In this document: positions 26,142 to 35,742 of the stretch, piece by piece
Numbering within the stretch: position 1 is the first letter of the stretch
Layout of the letters: each line of letters starts with the position of its first letter
Assembly: GCA_964522715.1 (NCBI GenBank)
Contig: CAZFWY010000001.1
Coordinates: 1-53,895 of the forward strand
Length of the DNA: 53,895 nucleotides
Reading direction: 5' to 3'
Origin: an uncultured Thermofilaceae archaeon
Lineage (GTDB): Archaea > Thermoproteota > Thermoprotei > Thermofilales > JAPDKD01
The notes under the pieces: model-generated
Database searches by the model: none
Told to the model about the DNA's origin: nothing
What the model saw: the letters and a program-made list of their open reading frames with translations, nothing else
Position numbers and translations under genes: made by a program

Positions 26142-26800
26142 AGCCTAAAGACCTGGGGGTGATAGCGTCTAAACTCAAAGATTTGAGGATTCTAGAGGAA
26201 GAGTATATCAACGGGAAAGTTGTGGAGGTTGGGATGGAGGTTTCTGACCTGAGGCTGGAGGACGGCTCGCTAAAAGGGATTATCGAGACCTCCTTCGTGG
26301 CTTCTTTCAGGTATAAGAGCGAGTTTTACCGCGCCCCGATAACCGTGGACGCTCCTTTCGAGTTCTACGAGTACGAAGATAGGCTGCTCTTGATATTTGA
26401 GGCTAAGAAGGCTAGAGCAAACAAGTTAGCGGTCTTCCTCTCCCAGGTACTAGCCGCCAAGAAAAACGCAATCATAGAGGCCTACATACCGCACAAAACA
26501 TTGAAGGCGATGCACGAGGAGAACCCCATGGGTACTAAGGTCATATTTTTCGATGAGGTTAAGCTGCCGAATGTTAAGAAGCTCGCATTGTACGGCGAGC
26601 AATTAAGAGATTCGAGACTATACCAGGAGTACTTACGCCTGGGGAAGATATGGTACGTCGTGTTCGAGATAGAGGGGATAGTCGTAGGCGTAACGAGAAA
26701 CTGCGTTGTGACGGTATTTTCCAGAATAGACCCCGAGGACGCTTTAGCCTTAGTGAAGGAGAAAATAATTCCTCGGACCGAGCCGCCGCCCATAGAGTGA
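26108..26800 (+). CDS. Hypothetical protein (no motif recognised)
   Basis: 230-aa ORF with normal-looking composition, wedged between two overlapped or abutting genes on the same strand. GTG start; an alternative GTG at 26159 would remove the 34-nt overlap. Confidence 0.55.
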   Translation: MAIPFKIFEVIEPKDLGVIASKLKDLRILEEEYINGKVVEVGMEVSDLRLEDGSLKGIIETSFVASFRYKSEFYRAPITVDAPFEFYEYEDRLLLIFEAKKARANKLAVFLSQVLAAKKNAIIEAYIPHKTLKAMHEENPMGTKVIFFDEVKLPNVKKLALYGEQLRDSRLYQEYLRLGKIWYVVFEIEGIVVGVTRNCVVTVFSRIDPEDALALVKEKIIPRTEPPPIE

Positions 26801-26803
26801 ACC

Positions 26804-27331
26804 ATGACGTTCTTCGTGGGCTTGCCAGCCCCGGTGACAACTTACGACGGGCTAGTCCCCCCTTACTACGAGCTAGTCCCAATCAAGCAGAGACACCTAA
26901 CCCTGCTCTACTTCGGAGACTTAAGTGAGCATGAAATCGCCAGAGTTAAGGAAGTACTAAGATCCGTTACAAGGGAGGAAAAACCCTTGAAGTTGTCCTT
27001 TCACGGGTTAGTAGCATTACCCTCTAGCTCCAGGCCTAAACACCTAGCAATTAGAGTTGTAGAAACGGCTGGCCTATCGAGCCTCGGGGAAAGTCTAAGA
27101 CAGCTCCTAGGCGAGTTGGAGAAGGATAGGTACGCGGAGTTTAAGCCGCACGTTACGATAGCCAGTACACGTAGAAAAACTACGTTAGACCTGCTGGCAT
27201 CGGTTGAAAAGGCGATAAAGAGGTCTCTTTCGATAAAGGGAACCCTAGTGGTTGACCGTGTAGCCTTATACAAGGCTGAAAAAGGAGTTGTGGAACCCTT
27301 AAGCACGTACGTCTTATCCGGGCTCCCCTAA
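26804..27331 (+). CDS. thpR: 2H phosphoesterase: RNA 2',3'-cyclic phosphodiesterase / 2'-5' RNA ligase (LigT/ThpR)
   Basis: Two HxT/S motifs, HLTLLYFG and KPHVTIAS, with typical spacing; 175 aa. Confidence 0.8.
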   Translation: MTFFVGLPAPVTTYDGLVPPYYELVPIKQRHLTLLYFGDLSEHEIARVKEVLRSVTREEKPLKLSFHGLVALPSSSRPKHLAIRVVETAGLSSLGESLRQLLGELEKDRYAEFKPHVTIASTRRKTTLDLLASVEKAIKRSLSIKGTLVVDRVALYKAEKGVVEPLSTYVLSGLP

Positions 27332-27332
27332 C

Positions 27333-28166
27333 TTACACGTACCCCCTCTTGGCGGCTACCGTGTCTAGCTTGCTGGTCTGTAAGTCGTAGAACCTGCGGT
27401 CTACCTTCTTCTTAAGGGCATCCTCGTTAACTATTTTCCAGTATTTGCCGCATTTACTACACATGTAAAGCGCGTACTTCTTAGTCTTTGAGTACTGCTC
27501 TATAGTATCCCCCTCAGTATTGCCGCAGTACGGACATTTGAGACCCGAAATCTTCCACTCTGCGCCGCAGACCGTGCATTTCATGTACACGTTATTACTG
27601 GTTGTAAAGCCCACCTTGGTCTCGAACCCGCATATGGGGCACGTCGCCGAGCCCCAAGGAAAGTCTATCTGGCCGACTAGGCTCGCTAGAGTCGAGAGTA
27701 TGGGTTGTAGTGCCCAGAGCAGGAAGTTATAAAGGAACTCCTGGCTTATCTTTAAGTCGTTCATTACCCTATCCGCTTTACCGGGGTCGCGGGTTAGGTC
27801 TAGTACCTCTGAAACGCTGTTTAAGCTTTTTAGCCATCCCTCAAACCTCTCGGCGTCGCCTGCCAGGTCTTGTCTGTGTGCTTCTAACAGGTCTAGGAGG
27901 CTCTCCAGGTATTCCTTGAACACCTTCTCCGGGACTGGAGGGTCTACGTGGTCTACGACTATCTTCCTCTGGGAAATTACGGCTTTTATCCGCTTGGCTA
28001 GCACCTCCCTATCCGACTCCGAGATTGAGGAGATTATCCTCTTAACAGTCTCGTCGTGGAGCTTCAGGAAGTCTCTCAGGAATTTAAGTTCCTCCTTCAG
28101 GCTGGGGTTCTCTCTGGCTACTACTCTGGCGCTCTCATCAATACTCGACAAACACACGCACCTCAC
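27333..28166 (-). CDS. FdhE-like four-CxxC zinc/iron-ribbon protein
   Basis: CPICG...YMKCTVCGAEW...LKCPYCG...YMCSKCGKYWKIV...DLQTSKLDTVAAKRGY parallels the E. coli FdhE C-terminal domain by eye. 4-nt overlap with the oxidoreductase beta gene. Confidence 0.6.
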   Translation of the reverse strand: MRCVCLSSIDESARVVARENPSLKEELKFLRDFLKLHDETVKRIISSISESDREVLAKRIKAVISQRKIVVDHVDPPVPEKVFKEYLESLLDLLEAHRQDLAGDAERFEGWLKSLNSVSEVLDLTRDPGKADRVMNDLKISQEFLYNFLLWALQPILSTLASLVGQIDFPWGSATCPICGFETKVGFTTSNNVYMKCTVCGAEWKISGLKCPYCGNTEGDTIEQYSKTKKYALYMCSKCGKYWKIVNEDALKKKVDRRFYDLQTSKLDTVAAKRGYV

Positions 28167-28999
28167 GTGAACTCTTCGAAGACCTCAGATAAGTCTGGAG
28201 GTTCGACGTTAATAAGGAGGTCTTTGCCCTTCAGCAGCCTATCTTCAAGAGTGGGCTTCTCCACCTTGTAGAATATACCTATCGGCACTTTGTCTCCCCA
28301 CTCAAGCGCCCTCTCCAAAGCCAACTTGTAGTTCGAAGAGTCGTGGCCTTCGTCTTCTAGCTTGTAGACTCTCTCTCTAAAGTACTGGTAGGTGTTGAAG
28401 AAGGTAACACACGGCTGGAGGACGTCTACGAAGGCGAACCCCCTGTGCTTTATGGCCTCCTTGAACAGCCACGTCAGGTGTTTTACGTCCCCCGCGAAGC
28501 CCCTGGCCACAAAAGTAGCCCCTGACGCCAGGGCTAGGAGTACGGGGTTAAGTGGTTCCTCGTACGTCCCCCTGGGCGTGCTCCTAGTCCTCGTCCCTAA
28601 CGGCGTGGTCGGGGTGAACTGCCCTGTGGTTAGGCCGAAAACCATGTTATCGTGCACTATCAGAGTTACGTCGATGTTCCTTCGGGCGGCGTGTGGTAGG
28701 TGTCCGAGCCCTATGGCGTATGTATCCCCGTCTCCCGCGAACCCGACTACTGTTAGCTGGGGGTTTGCGAGTTTAATCCCCGTAGCTAGGGGTAGAACCC
28801 TCCCATGTATAGTGTGGAAGCCGTTAACGTTCAGGTAGTCGGTGACTCGGCCGTGGCAGCCTATCCCGCTGATAACTACTACCTCCCAGGGCTTTAACTC
28901 CAGCTCGGACAGCGCCTTCTTGAACGCCGATAGGATGGCGTAGTTCCCGCATCCCGGGCACCAGACGATTTTACGGCTGGTAGAGTAGGGGTCGCTCAT
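28163..28999 (-). CDS. 2-oxoacid:ferredoxin oxidoreductase, beta (TPP-binding) subunit
   Basis: WCPGCGNYAIL and GFAGDGDTYAIG (TPP GDG motif). Confidence 0.9.
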   Translation of the reverse strand: MSDPYSTSRKIVWCPGCGNYAILSAFKKALSELELKPWEVVVISGIGCHGRVTDYLNVNGFHTIHGRVLPLATGIKLANPQLTVVGFAGDGDTYAIGLGHLPHAARRNIDVTLIVHDNMVFGLTTGQFTPTTPLGTRTRSTPRGTYEEPLNPVLLALASGATFVARGFAGDVKHLTWLFKEAIKHRGFAFVDVLQPCVTFFNTYQYFRERVYKLEDEGHDSSNYKLALERALEWGDKVPIGIFYKVEKPTLEDRLLKGKDLLINVEPPDLSEVFEEFT

Positions 29000-30705
29000 C
29001 TCCCAACCACCTCCAGAATCTTGCTGGCTATCTCAGATGGATAGAAAGGCCTTCCGTCGTACTTCAGTAAGACTTCGTCTGGCTCGATGCAGGCGTACTC
29101 TCTCAATAAACTCCTCAACTGCCCAGTCACGTTGTTCTCCACCAGGATGAGGGGCCTAGCCGCGTTCTCAAGTACATCTTTAACTCTAGACTCTGGGAAG
29201 GGTGATAAGAAGACCACTTGCACGAGTAGGGTCTTTAAGCCCTTCTTCTCCAGTAACCTCTGAGCCTCTAAGGCCGGGCCTTTGACCGAGCCCCAGAACA
29301 TCAACGTGGCGTCTCCGCCCTCACCGTACGTCTTAACGCTGTCCCTTCTCTCCTCGACGTGCCTCCTCATAGCTTCGTACTTACGCATCCTCTTCTGAAC
29401 CATCCTCCTGACTATCAGCGGGTCGTCGGAGCCGTACCCCTCCTCCGTGTGCTCGCTGGAGTTGGCCCTCACAATGACGTTGAAGGTGCCGGGGAAAGCC
29501 CTGGGTGAGACGCCATCATCGGTAACGGCGTACCTCTTGTAATTATCCACAGGGTCTCTCACCACCTTACCCCTATCTATCGATACCTTAGAAGTGTTGA
29601 AGGAAGATACTGTGCTATAGCTCTCACCCAGGTATTTGTCTATGAGTATGATCGCAGGGACTTGATACTTCTCGGCCAAGTTGAAGGCCTCGGCCGCCAG
29701 ATAGAAAGCCTCCTCCTGGTCTCCCGGGGCGATAATAAAGCGGGCGAACTCGCCCTGAGAAGCGTGCATAGCAAACCTTAGATCCCCCTGAGCGGTGTGG
29801 GTAGGTAGGCCAGTGCTTGGCCCGGGTCTCTGCGCCTCGACCACGACTATTGGAGTCTCCGTCATACCGGCTTGGCCCAAGGCCTCCACCATTAGGGAAA
29901 AACCGCCGCCGGAGGTAGCTGTCATAGACCTAGCCCCAGCGTATGCCGCTCCTATAACCATGTTTATAGCGGCTATCTCGTTCTCGGGTTGAATAGCCAC
30001 TATACCCGTCTTCTCTTCCACGGCCGCCAGGAAGTGTAGTATAGGTGACGCGGGAGTCATGGGGTATGCCGCGAAGAACTTCATCCCAGCGGCTAGAGCG
30101 CCTAGGGCTATAGCGTCGTTCCCCGTGAGAAACATACGCTTACTATTTTCCCTCTTCGGCAGGCTAACCCCTAGAGCGCCCCGGTTTTTCTCTCCGTACT
30201 CGTACCCCCCGGAGGCTAGCTTGACGTTTAGCTCGGCGATTTTAGGGCCTCTTCTGGCGAACTCTTTCCTCACCGTGCTCTCTAAGACCTCCCTGTCTAC
30301 TCCGAGAAGACCCATTAGGGCGCCTATCGCCACCATGTTTTTAGTTACTGGTGGGGCGCCCTCCTCCCTAGCTACTTTAGATAGTGGGACTTCTATCACG
30401 CGGTCCCCGGGTTTCTCGGCTATTATTACGCCTCTCTCAGAAAGCCTTTCTTTATGCTTCTCCACGGTTAAGTCGTCTAAGGCTACTATCACGTCTATGG
30501 GGAGTCTCTGAGAGTAGACTCTCCTGTCGCAGACCCTACCCAGAAACCAGTTGTGGCCTCCTCTTATCAGGGAGGGGTATTCGTTGGTGGCGTACACCCA
30601 GTACCCGCTTCTGACTAGGATTTTAGATGCGACCCTACCGGCAAGCATGACGCCAGCTCCTGCTCCTCCTCCCACCAGGAATGTTAAATCGACCGTCACA
30701 ACCAC
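28996..30705 (-). CDS. 2-oxoacid:ferredoxin oxidoreductase, alpha subunit (fused gamma-alpha type)
   Basis: 569 aa. N-terminal gamma-like domain (VGGGAGAGVMLAG) plus alpha domain (AYPMTPAS, GGGFSLM). Two-subunit architecture as in Sulfolobus and Aeropyrum. Confidence 0.9.
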   Translation of the reverse strand: MVVTVDLTFLVGGGAGAGVMLAGRVASKILVRSGYWVYATNEYPSLIRGGHNWFLGRVCDRRVYSQRLPIDVIVALDDLTVEKHKERLSERGVIIAEKPGDRVIEVPLSKVAREEGAPPVTKNMVAIGALMGLLGVDREVLESTVRKEFARRGPKIAELNVKLASGGYEYGEKNRGALGVSLPKRENSKRMFLTGNDAIALGALAAGMKFFAAYPMTPASPILHFLAAVEEKTGIVAIQPENEIAAINMVIGAAYAGARSMTATSGGGFSLMVEALGQAGMTETPIVVVEAQRPGPSTGLPTHTAQGDLRFAMHASQGEFARFIIAPGDQEEAFYLAAEAFNLAEKYQVPAIILIDKYLGESYSTVSSFNTSKVSIDRGKVVRDPVDNYKRYAVTDDGVSPRAFPGTFNVIVRANSSEHTEEGYGSDDPLIVRRMVQKRMRKYEAMRRHVEERRDSVKTYGEGGDATLMFWGSVKGPALEAQRLLEKKGLKTLLVQVVFLSPFPESRVKDVLENAARPLILVENNVTGQLRSLLREYACIEPDEVLLKYDGRPFYPSEIASKILEVVGR

Positions 30706-30831
30706 CTACACCGCTGAACAACGTTATTAGCGATATTCTAAGCGCTTTGACACATATAAAGAAACCACTAAAAATCTCGCTTATATAGATCGAAAGTGGT
30801 TAAACGATGTTAACATTCCCGTTTTAAAGGA

Positions 30832-31344
30832 GTGTCTATCTTTAACCTCGGGAGTATCTTGAACTTGCCGTCTGACAAAGGAGTATATGTACTGATCATC
30901 GACGTGAAGAGCCAGGTATCCTTCTCGGCCGGGAGTCTAGGTGCCATATCGTTGAGAAAGGGGCTCTACGCCTACGTAGGCTCGGCTAAGGGCCCCGGAG
31001 GTCTTCGAGGGAGAGTATCGAGACACCTGAGGAGCGATAAGAAGTTGAGGTGGCATATAGACTACCTGCTAGCCCAGCCCTCTGTGAAGGTAGTGAAAGT
31101 TCTTTACGCAGTCACGGAGGAAGTGAGGGAGTGCGATTTAGTAGGGGAACTTGTTAGGAGGGGGGCTAGGGCTCCGGTGAAGGGGTTCGGGTCGTCTGAC
31201 TGTAAGCGGGGATGCCTGGCCCACTTGTTAATCTTAAACGAAGAGAATGACGTTGCAGAGTCGTTCGAAACTCTCGGTTTAGGCTACCATATTTATGAGG
31301 TTAAAAATGCCTTAGGAAAAAGAGTTAGAGAGGAGAGAAAATAG
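30832..31344 (+). CDS. GIY-YIG superfamily (DUF123-type) nuclease-like protein
   Basis: KGVYVLIIDV...LRKGLYAYVGSA...RVSRHLRSDKKLRWHIDYL follows the DUF123/URI-domain pattern. Confidence 0.65.
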   Translation: MSIFNLGSILNLPSDKGVYVLIIDVKSQVSFSAGSLGAISLRKGLYAYVGSAKGPGGLRGRVSRHLRSDKKLRWHIDYLLAQPSVKVVKVLYAVTEEVRECDLVGELVRRGARAPVKGFGSSDCKRGCLAHLLILNEENDVAESFETLGLGYHIYEVKNALGKRVREERK

Positions 31345-31440
31345 CTTGGCTGGCCAGCTACGTAAAAGCTTAAACTCGGAGGAGAGGTATAGACCCTCAA
31401 TTAAGGATTACCCTCATCCTGTATTAGAGAGGCGGTTTCC

Positions 31441-32619
31441 TTGCTTGAGAAGGTAAGGGACTGGCTTGGCTTGGAGCACGACATGGTTGTAATGGTCGTT
31501 ACAGTTCTCATCTTGACTCTTGGAGGGCAGATCTGGAGCAGGTATGTACCGAAGTACCTCGAATACCTCGGGGCGTCTACGCTGGTAATAGGTCTCTATG
31601 GGTCTATTAAGGCCGTAGTTACCGCCTTATACCAGTACCCAGGGGGCTGGGTTTCGGACAGGCTAGGCCCCAAGAAGGCTCTCATCGTGTTTACGTTTAT
31701 AGCCATAGGGGGGTATGTGGTCTATCTCCTCGCGCCTAGCTGGAAGGTGTTCCTCCTCGGCACGTTCCTAGTCCTTATCTGGGACAGTATGTCTCAGCCT
31801 GCGATATTCTCGCTCATCGGGGAGACTCTGAAGAAGTCTAGGCGTGCGATAGGATTCAGCGTTCAGTCAGTCCTGAAGAGACTGCCCATAATTGTCGCTC
31901 CCCCGCTCGGGGGCTACCTAATCGAGGTCTACGGGATAGAGAGGGGCATGAAGGTAGGCTTCTCGATATCCATACTCCTGGCCTTGCTGGCGGTAGCCTT
32001 CCAGGAGAAATTCTACGTGAAGATAAGAGGGGGCGCGAGGAAGGTTGAAGGAAGGCTTCTAACCGTTTGGAGGGAAATGGATAGGGGCCTCAAGAGACTG
32101 TTAGTCTCTGACATTATGGCTAGGCTGGCCAGTAACATAATAGGCGTCTACGTGGTACTCTACGTTTTGAACGTCCTGGGAGCGTCACCCGTGGACTACG
32201 GCTTGCTCATATCCGTGCAGATGACGACGTCCATTCTCTCCTACTTTCCAGCAGCTAAACTAGCGGACATCTACGGCAGGAAACCGTTCATAACGCTCAC
32301 CTTCACGTTCTTCGCGCTATTCCCACTCGTCTTAGCGCTGATCCCAAACCCCGAACTCCTGCCCCTAGCCTTCATAGTGGCTGGTCTAAGAGAGATAGGA
32401 GAGACGGCACGCAAAGCGCTGATAGTCGACCTGGCCGAGAAGAGCCATAAGGGCAGGTCTATAGGCCTCTACTACCTGATAAGGGAGGGCTTAATGATAC
32501 CCGCCCCGCTCCTCGGAGGTCTGCTTTGGGAAGTCTCGCCTAAAGTCATGTTCCTCGCGGCTTCCGCAGTAGGAATCCTAGGGGTTATCATATTTACTCT
32601 AGGAAGGATAGAGGAGTAG
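31441..32619 (+). CDS. Major facilitator superfamily transporter
   Basis: About 12 hydrophobic segments. GGWVSDRLGPKKAL is MFS motif A between TM2 and TM3. TTG start. Confidence 0.75.
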   Translation: MLEKVRDWLGLEHDMVVMVVTVLILTLGGQIWSRYVPKYLEYLGASTLVIGLYGSIKAVVTALYQYPGGWVSDRLGPKKALIVFTFIAIGGYVVYLLAPSWKVFLLGTFLVLIWDSMSQPAIFSLIGETLKKSRRAIGFSVQSVLKRLPIIVAPPLGGYLIEVYGIERGMKVGFSISILLALLAVAFQEKFYVKIRGGARKVEGRLLTVWREMDRGLKRLLVSDIMARLASNIIGVYVVLYVLNVLGASPVDYGLLISVQMTTSILSYFPAAKLADIYGRKPFITLTFTFFALFPLVLALIPNPELLPLAFIVAGLREIGETARKALIVDLAEKSHKGRSIGLYYLIREGLMIPAPLLGGLLWEVSPKVMFLAASAVGILGVIIFTLGRIEE

Positions 32620-32685
32620 TCTCCCGTGCGACTGGGTATTTCCACTCGTAATGACCGATACATAAATAACTATTAAAGGGAGGTA

Positions 32686-32718
32686 TAGAGAGGGCTCTCT
32701 AAAGCGAACCCCCCGGGG
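32686..32718. promoter_or_regulatory. Palindromes in the pyrG leader (TAGAGAG-GG-CTCTCTA and CCCCGGGG)
   Basis: 7-bp arms at 32686-32692 and 32695-32701. CCCCGGGG at 32711-32718. Both lie between an AT-rich TATA-like stretch (32661-32679) and the GTG at 32725. Confidence 0.25.
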
Positions 32719-32724
32719 AGGGTA

Positions 32725-34416
32725 GTGGTTAAGTACGTCTTTGTGACGGGAGGAGTAGTTAGTGGTCTGGGTAAGGGTGTGGTCACGGCCTCCATAGCTA
32801 AGCTCTTCCAATTTAGGGGCTACAGCGTCGATGTGATAAAGATAGACCCGTACCTCAACGTAGACCCAGGAACTCTGAACCCAATAGAGCACGGAGAAGT
32901 CTTTGTTTGCGAGGAGGTATGGGAGTTCGAGCCAGCCCCTGGCTACAAGTTCAGGATAGCCGAGGTAGACCAGGACTTCGGAACTTACGAGAGATTCCTA
33001 GATAGGAACATGCACCCCTCGAACAACATAACCTCGGGGCAGGTATACCTCAGCGTAGTTCTGCGCGAAAGAGTGGGTGAGTACTTGGGGAAGACCATAC
33101 AGGTTATCCCGCACGTAACCGACGAGATAAAGAGGCGTATAAGGGAGGTGGCGAAGAGAGGCGAGCCAGACGTATTGCTAGTAGAGGTAGGCGGCACCGT
33201 GGGAGACATAGAGGCGATGCCCTTCCTAGAAGCTATAAGACAGTTTAGGCTTGAGGAAGGACCGGGGAACACGGCCCTAGTACACGTAACATTAGTCCCC
33301 TACCTCGAAACCGTGGGTCAGCTGAAGACTAAGCCGACGCAGCACAGCGTGAAGTCCCTTCAAAGCTCCGGTCTGCAGCCAGACGTAATTATAGGTAGGG
33401 CCGCGCACGAACTACCACCAGACGTGAGGGCCAAGATAAGCCTGTTCTGCAACGTACCCGAGGGAGCCGTAATCTCAGACCCTAACTTAGAGGTAGTGTA
33501 CGAGCTACCCCTGGTCTTCGAGAAGCAAGGCCTCGGAGACTATCTCTGCGAGTTGCTCTGCTTAAACCCCCACTCAGTTAAGAACAGCAGAATTGAGGAG
33601 TGGAACTCGCTGGTTAATCGCTTCAAAACTTGGGAGGGGAAGGTGAGCATAGCCATGCCAGGGAAGTACGTCGAGATATCCGACAGCTACATCAGCATAA
33701 ACGAAGCCTTAAAGCATGCCGGGGCTCACGTAGGGGTTAAGGTCGAGTACATCTACATGGATACGGAGGCCTTCAAGGAAGACCCAGGAATCGTTGAAGA
33801 ACAGCTTAGCCACGCCGACGGGATACTACTGACCCCGGGCTTTGGCTCCCGAGGAGTTGAGGGGATGATTAAAGCGGCCGAGTACGCCATTGAGAAGGAC
33901 TTACCGTTCCTCGGCATATGTTTCGGGGCTCAGCTACTCTTCGTGGCCTTCGCCCGATCCGTCATGGGTCTTAAAGAAGCTCACACCACCGAGGTATGCC
34001 CAGAAACGCCACACCCCGTCGTAGACCTACTCCCGGAGCAGAAATCGTTGAACGCTAAGGGAGGTACCATGAGGCTTGGCGCACATACTGTGGTTATAAG
34101 GAGGGGGACAAAGCTTTACGAGGCCTACGGTAAGAGGGTAGTTAGAGAGAGGTTTAGGCACAGGTACCATATCTCTCGTGAATACGCCTCGAAGGCTGAG
34201 AGGAAGGGGCTAGTAGTCTCGGCTACAGACCCCTCCGGCAGGATAATAAACGCCATAGAACTCTCAGACAAGTACTGGGTGGTAGGCATTCAGTTCCACC
34301 CAGAGTTTAAGAGCAGACCTAACAGGCCCTCACCGATATACAGGGAGTTCATCAAGAAAGTTTGGCAGCGCAAACAGGAATTTCTAGCCGCTCCAGTCTC
34401 TATGCGAGGGAGCTAA
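32725..34416 (+). CDS. pyrG: CTP synthase
   Basis: [35 protein letters not shown], and glutaminase domain GICFGAQ with HPEF. Confidence 0.95.
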   Translation: MVKYVFVTGGVVSGLGKGVVTASIAKLFQFRGYSVDVIKIDPYLNVDPGTLNPIEHGEVFVCEEVWEFEPAPGYKFRIAEVDQDFGTYERFLDRNMHPSNNITSGQVYLSVVLRERVGEYLGKTIQVIPHVTDEIKRRIREVAKRGEPDVLLVEVGGTVGDIEAMPFLEAIRQFRLEEGPGNTALVHVTLVPYLETVGQLKTKPTQHSVKSLQSSGLQPDVIIGRAAHELPPDVRAKISLFCNVPEGAVISDPNLEVVYELPLVFEKQGLGDYLCELLCLNPHSVKNSRIEEWNSLVNRFKTWEGKVSIAMPGKYVEISDSYISINEALKHAGAHVGVKVEYIYMDTEAFKEDPGIVEEQLSHADGILLTPGFGSRGVEGMIKAAEYAIEKDLPFLGICFGAQLLFVAFARSVMGLKEAHTTEVCPETPHPVVDLLPEQKSLNAKGGTMRLGAHTVVIRRGTKLYEAYGKRVVRERFRHRYHISREYASKAERKGLVVSATDPSGRIINAIELSDKYWVVGIQFHPEFKSRPNRPSPIYREFIKKVWQRKQEFLAAPVSMRGS

Positions 34417-35600
34417 GGGCCAATGTGCCCTATACTGGTCTGGACTATGACGTATTTTAGCCCAGCCTCGTTCAGCACCTTCTTAACCTTTAACATCTCG
34501 AAGACTCCCGGCCTCTTAATGTCCCTCCTCCTAAAGACTGGACGGTAATCCAGTACGCAGACTTGAACCTCGGGGTCTATGCTAGCCAGCTTGTACCCTA
34601 TCTCCGCCACTTCCTCCAGAGACATGAAAGCTTTGTTGTAGGGTATCCCGACACCCAGGTACACCTCTTCCCTGTAGTTATCGACAATATACTTGACGGC
34701 GTTCCAGGAGGTCTTGAGGTACCGCTCGGCCAGCTCTCTGTCCCTTATACCCGTAATTCTCATGAAAGTCTCAACCCTGGCGCCCTTGGGCTCGACGCCT
34801 ATATTGTTACAACCCGCCTCTACCAGCTCGTCTATGTAGTCCGGAGTTAGGAGGGTGCCGTTACTGTCCAGGTGTAGTCTAACGTCTTCGTCCTTGTTGA
34901 GTTCCCTTAGCTTCCTGAAGTACTCTACGAGCCACCTCCGGTTGAGCGTGGGTTCGCCGCCCGAGATGGCTATGCCCTTAACACCGTAGCGCCGCCTGTG
35001 ATACGTTATAACCCTGGCCGCTTTCTCCGGCGTTATCGGGGCGCTCACGTTGTCGTACGTTACGTGGTAGTTCTGGCACTGGGGGCACCTCAGGTTACAC
35101 CCGGCGGCCCAATACGCTACCTCGATATAGAGCCCCTTCCTCTTCTCAGACCAGGGAGTGGCCTTACCCCCGACGCTGTGAGGCTGGGGGCCGTGCAATA
35201 TCCTTAGAGGAGGCCTGTCACTGACGTCCGTCCTTATAACCATCCCGTCCCTCACGGGGGTTATGCAGCTCCTCTCTAACTCTCCGTCTATCTCGACGGC
35301 GCAGCTCCAGCAACCACCAGTCCTGCACGGGGCGTAGAGACCATCCTTTCTAGGAGTAATCGTGAAAGTGTAGCCGCACAGTTCGAGCGCCTTCTTCACA
35401 GTTATTCCGCGAGGAACTCTGAAAACAGCTCCGTCAACTTCTATCCTCACGCTATCCCTCTCCTCCACCACTTCTACAACCTCCCTCGCCTCGTAAGGGC
35501 AGGCCCAGTAACAGCTCAGACACCCCACGCACTCACTGGGAGAGTGACAGATATTGTATTCTAGGCAGAAACCGCAGTTCCTGCACTTACTGTAATTCAC
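34413..35600 (-). CDS. Radical SAM protein with N-terminal ferredoxin-type 4Fe-4S and 2Fe-2S-like Cys clusters
   Basis: CRNCGFC...CVGCLSCYWACP, then CRTGGCWSCAV...C, then AAGCNLRCPQCQNYH (CxxxCxxC) and GGEPTL. Confidence 0.7.
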   Translation of the reverse strand: MNYSKCRNCGFCLEYNICHSPSECVGCLSCYWACPYEAREVVEVVEERDSVRIEVDGAVFRVPRGITVKKALELCGYTFTITPRKDGLYAPCRTGGCWSCAVEIDGELERSCITPVRDGMVIRTDVSDRPPLRILHGPQPHSVGGKATPWSEKRKGLYIEVAYWAAGCNLRCPQCQNYHVTYDNVSAPITPEKAARVITYHRRRYGVKGIAISGGEPTLNRRWLVEYFRKLRELNKDEDVRLHLDSNGTLLTPDYIDELVEAGCNNIGVEPKGARVETFMRITGIRDRELAERYLKTSWNAVKYIVDNYREEVYLGVGIPYNKAFMSLEEVAEIGYKLASIDPEVQVCVLDYRPVFRRRDIKRPGVFEMLKVKKVLNEAGLKYVIVQTSIGHIGP

Positions 35601-35742
35601 AACGCACTTCAGGAACTTTTGAGGCGTAGCTTACCACCAGTTGTATAGCTTCTCCGAGGGATATATCGCGTACCCTCCCTGTGTAGCGCAGGGAGGTTAG
35701 GCTTTTAGGATGTGATAAGGACAGGATTTTAAAATGGTGAAA

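Noticed and set aside
35674-35696. 8-bp hairpin CCTCCCTG-7 nt-CAGGGAGG downstream of the GH57 gene as a terminator
   Set aside because: No oligo-T tract follows it on the minus strand, and it sits next to the TATA-like GATATAT of the next gene. Its function is undetermined and it is too weak to call.
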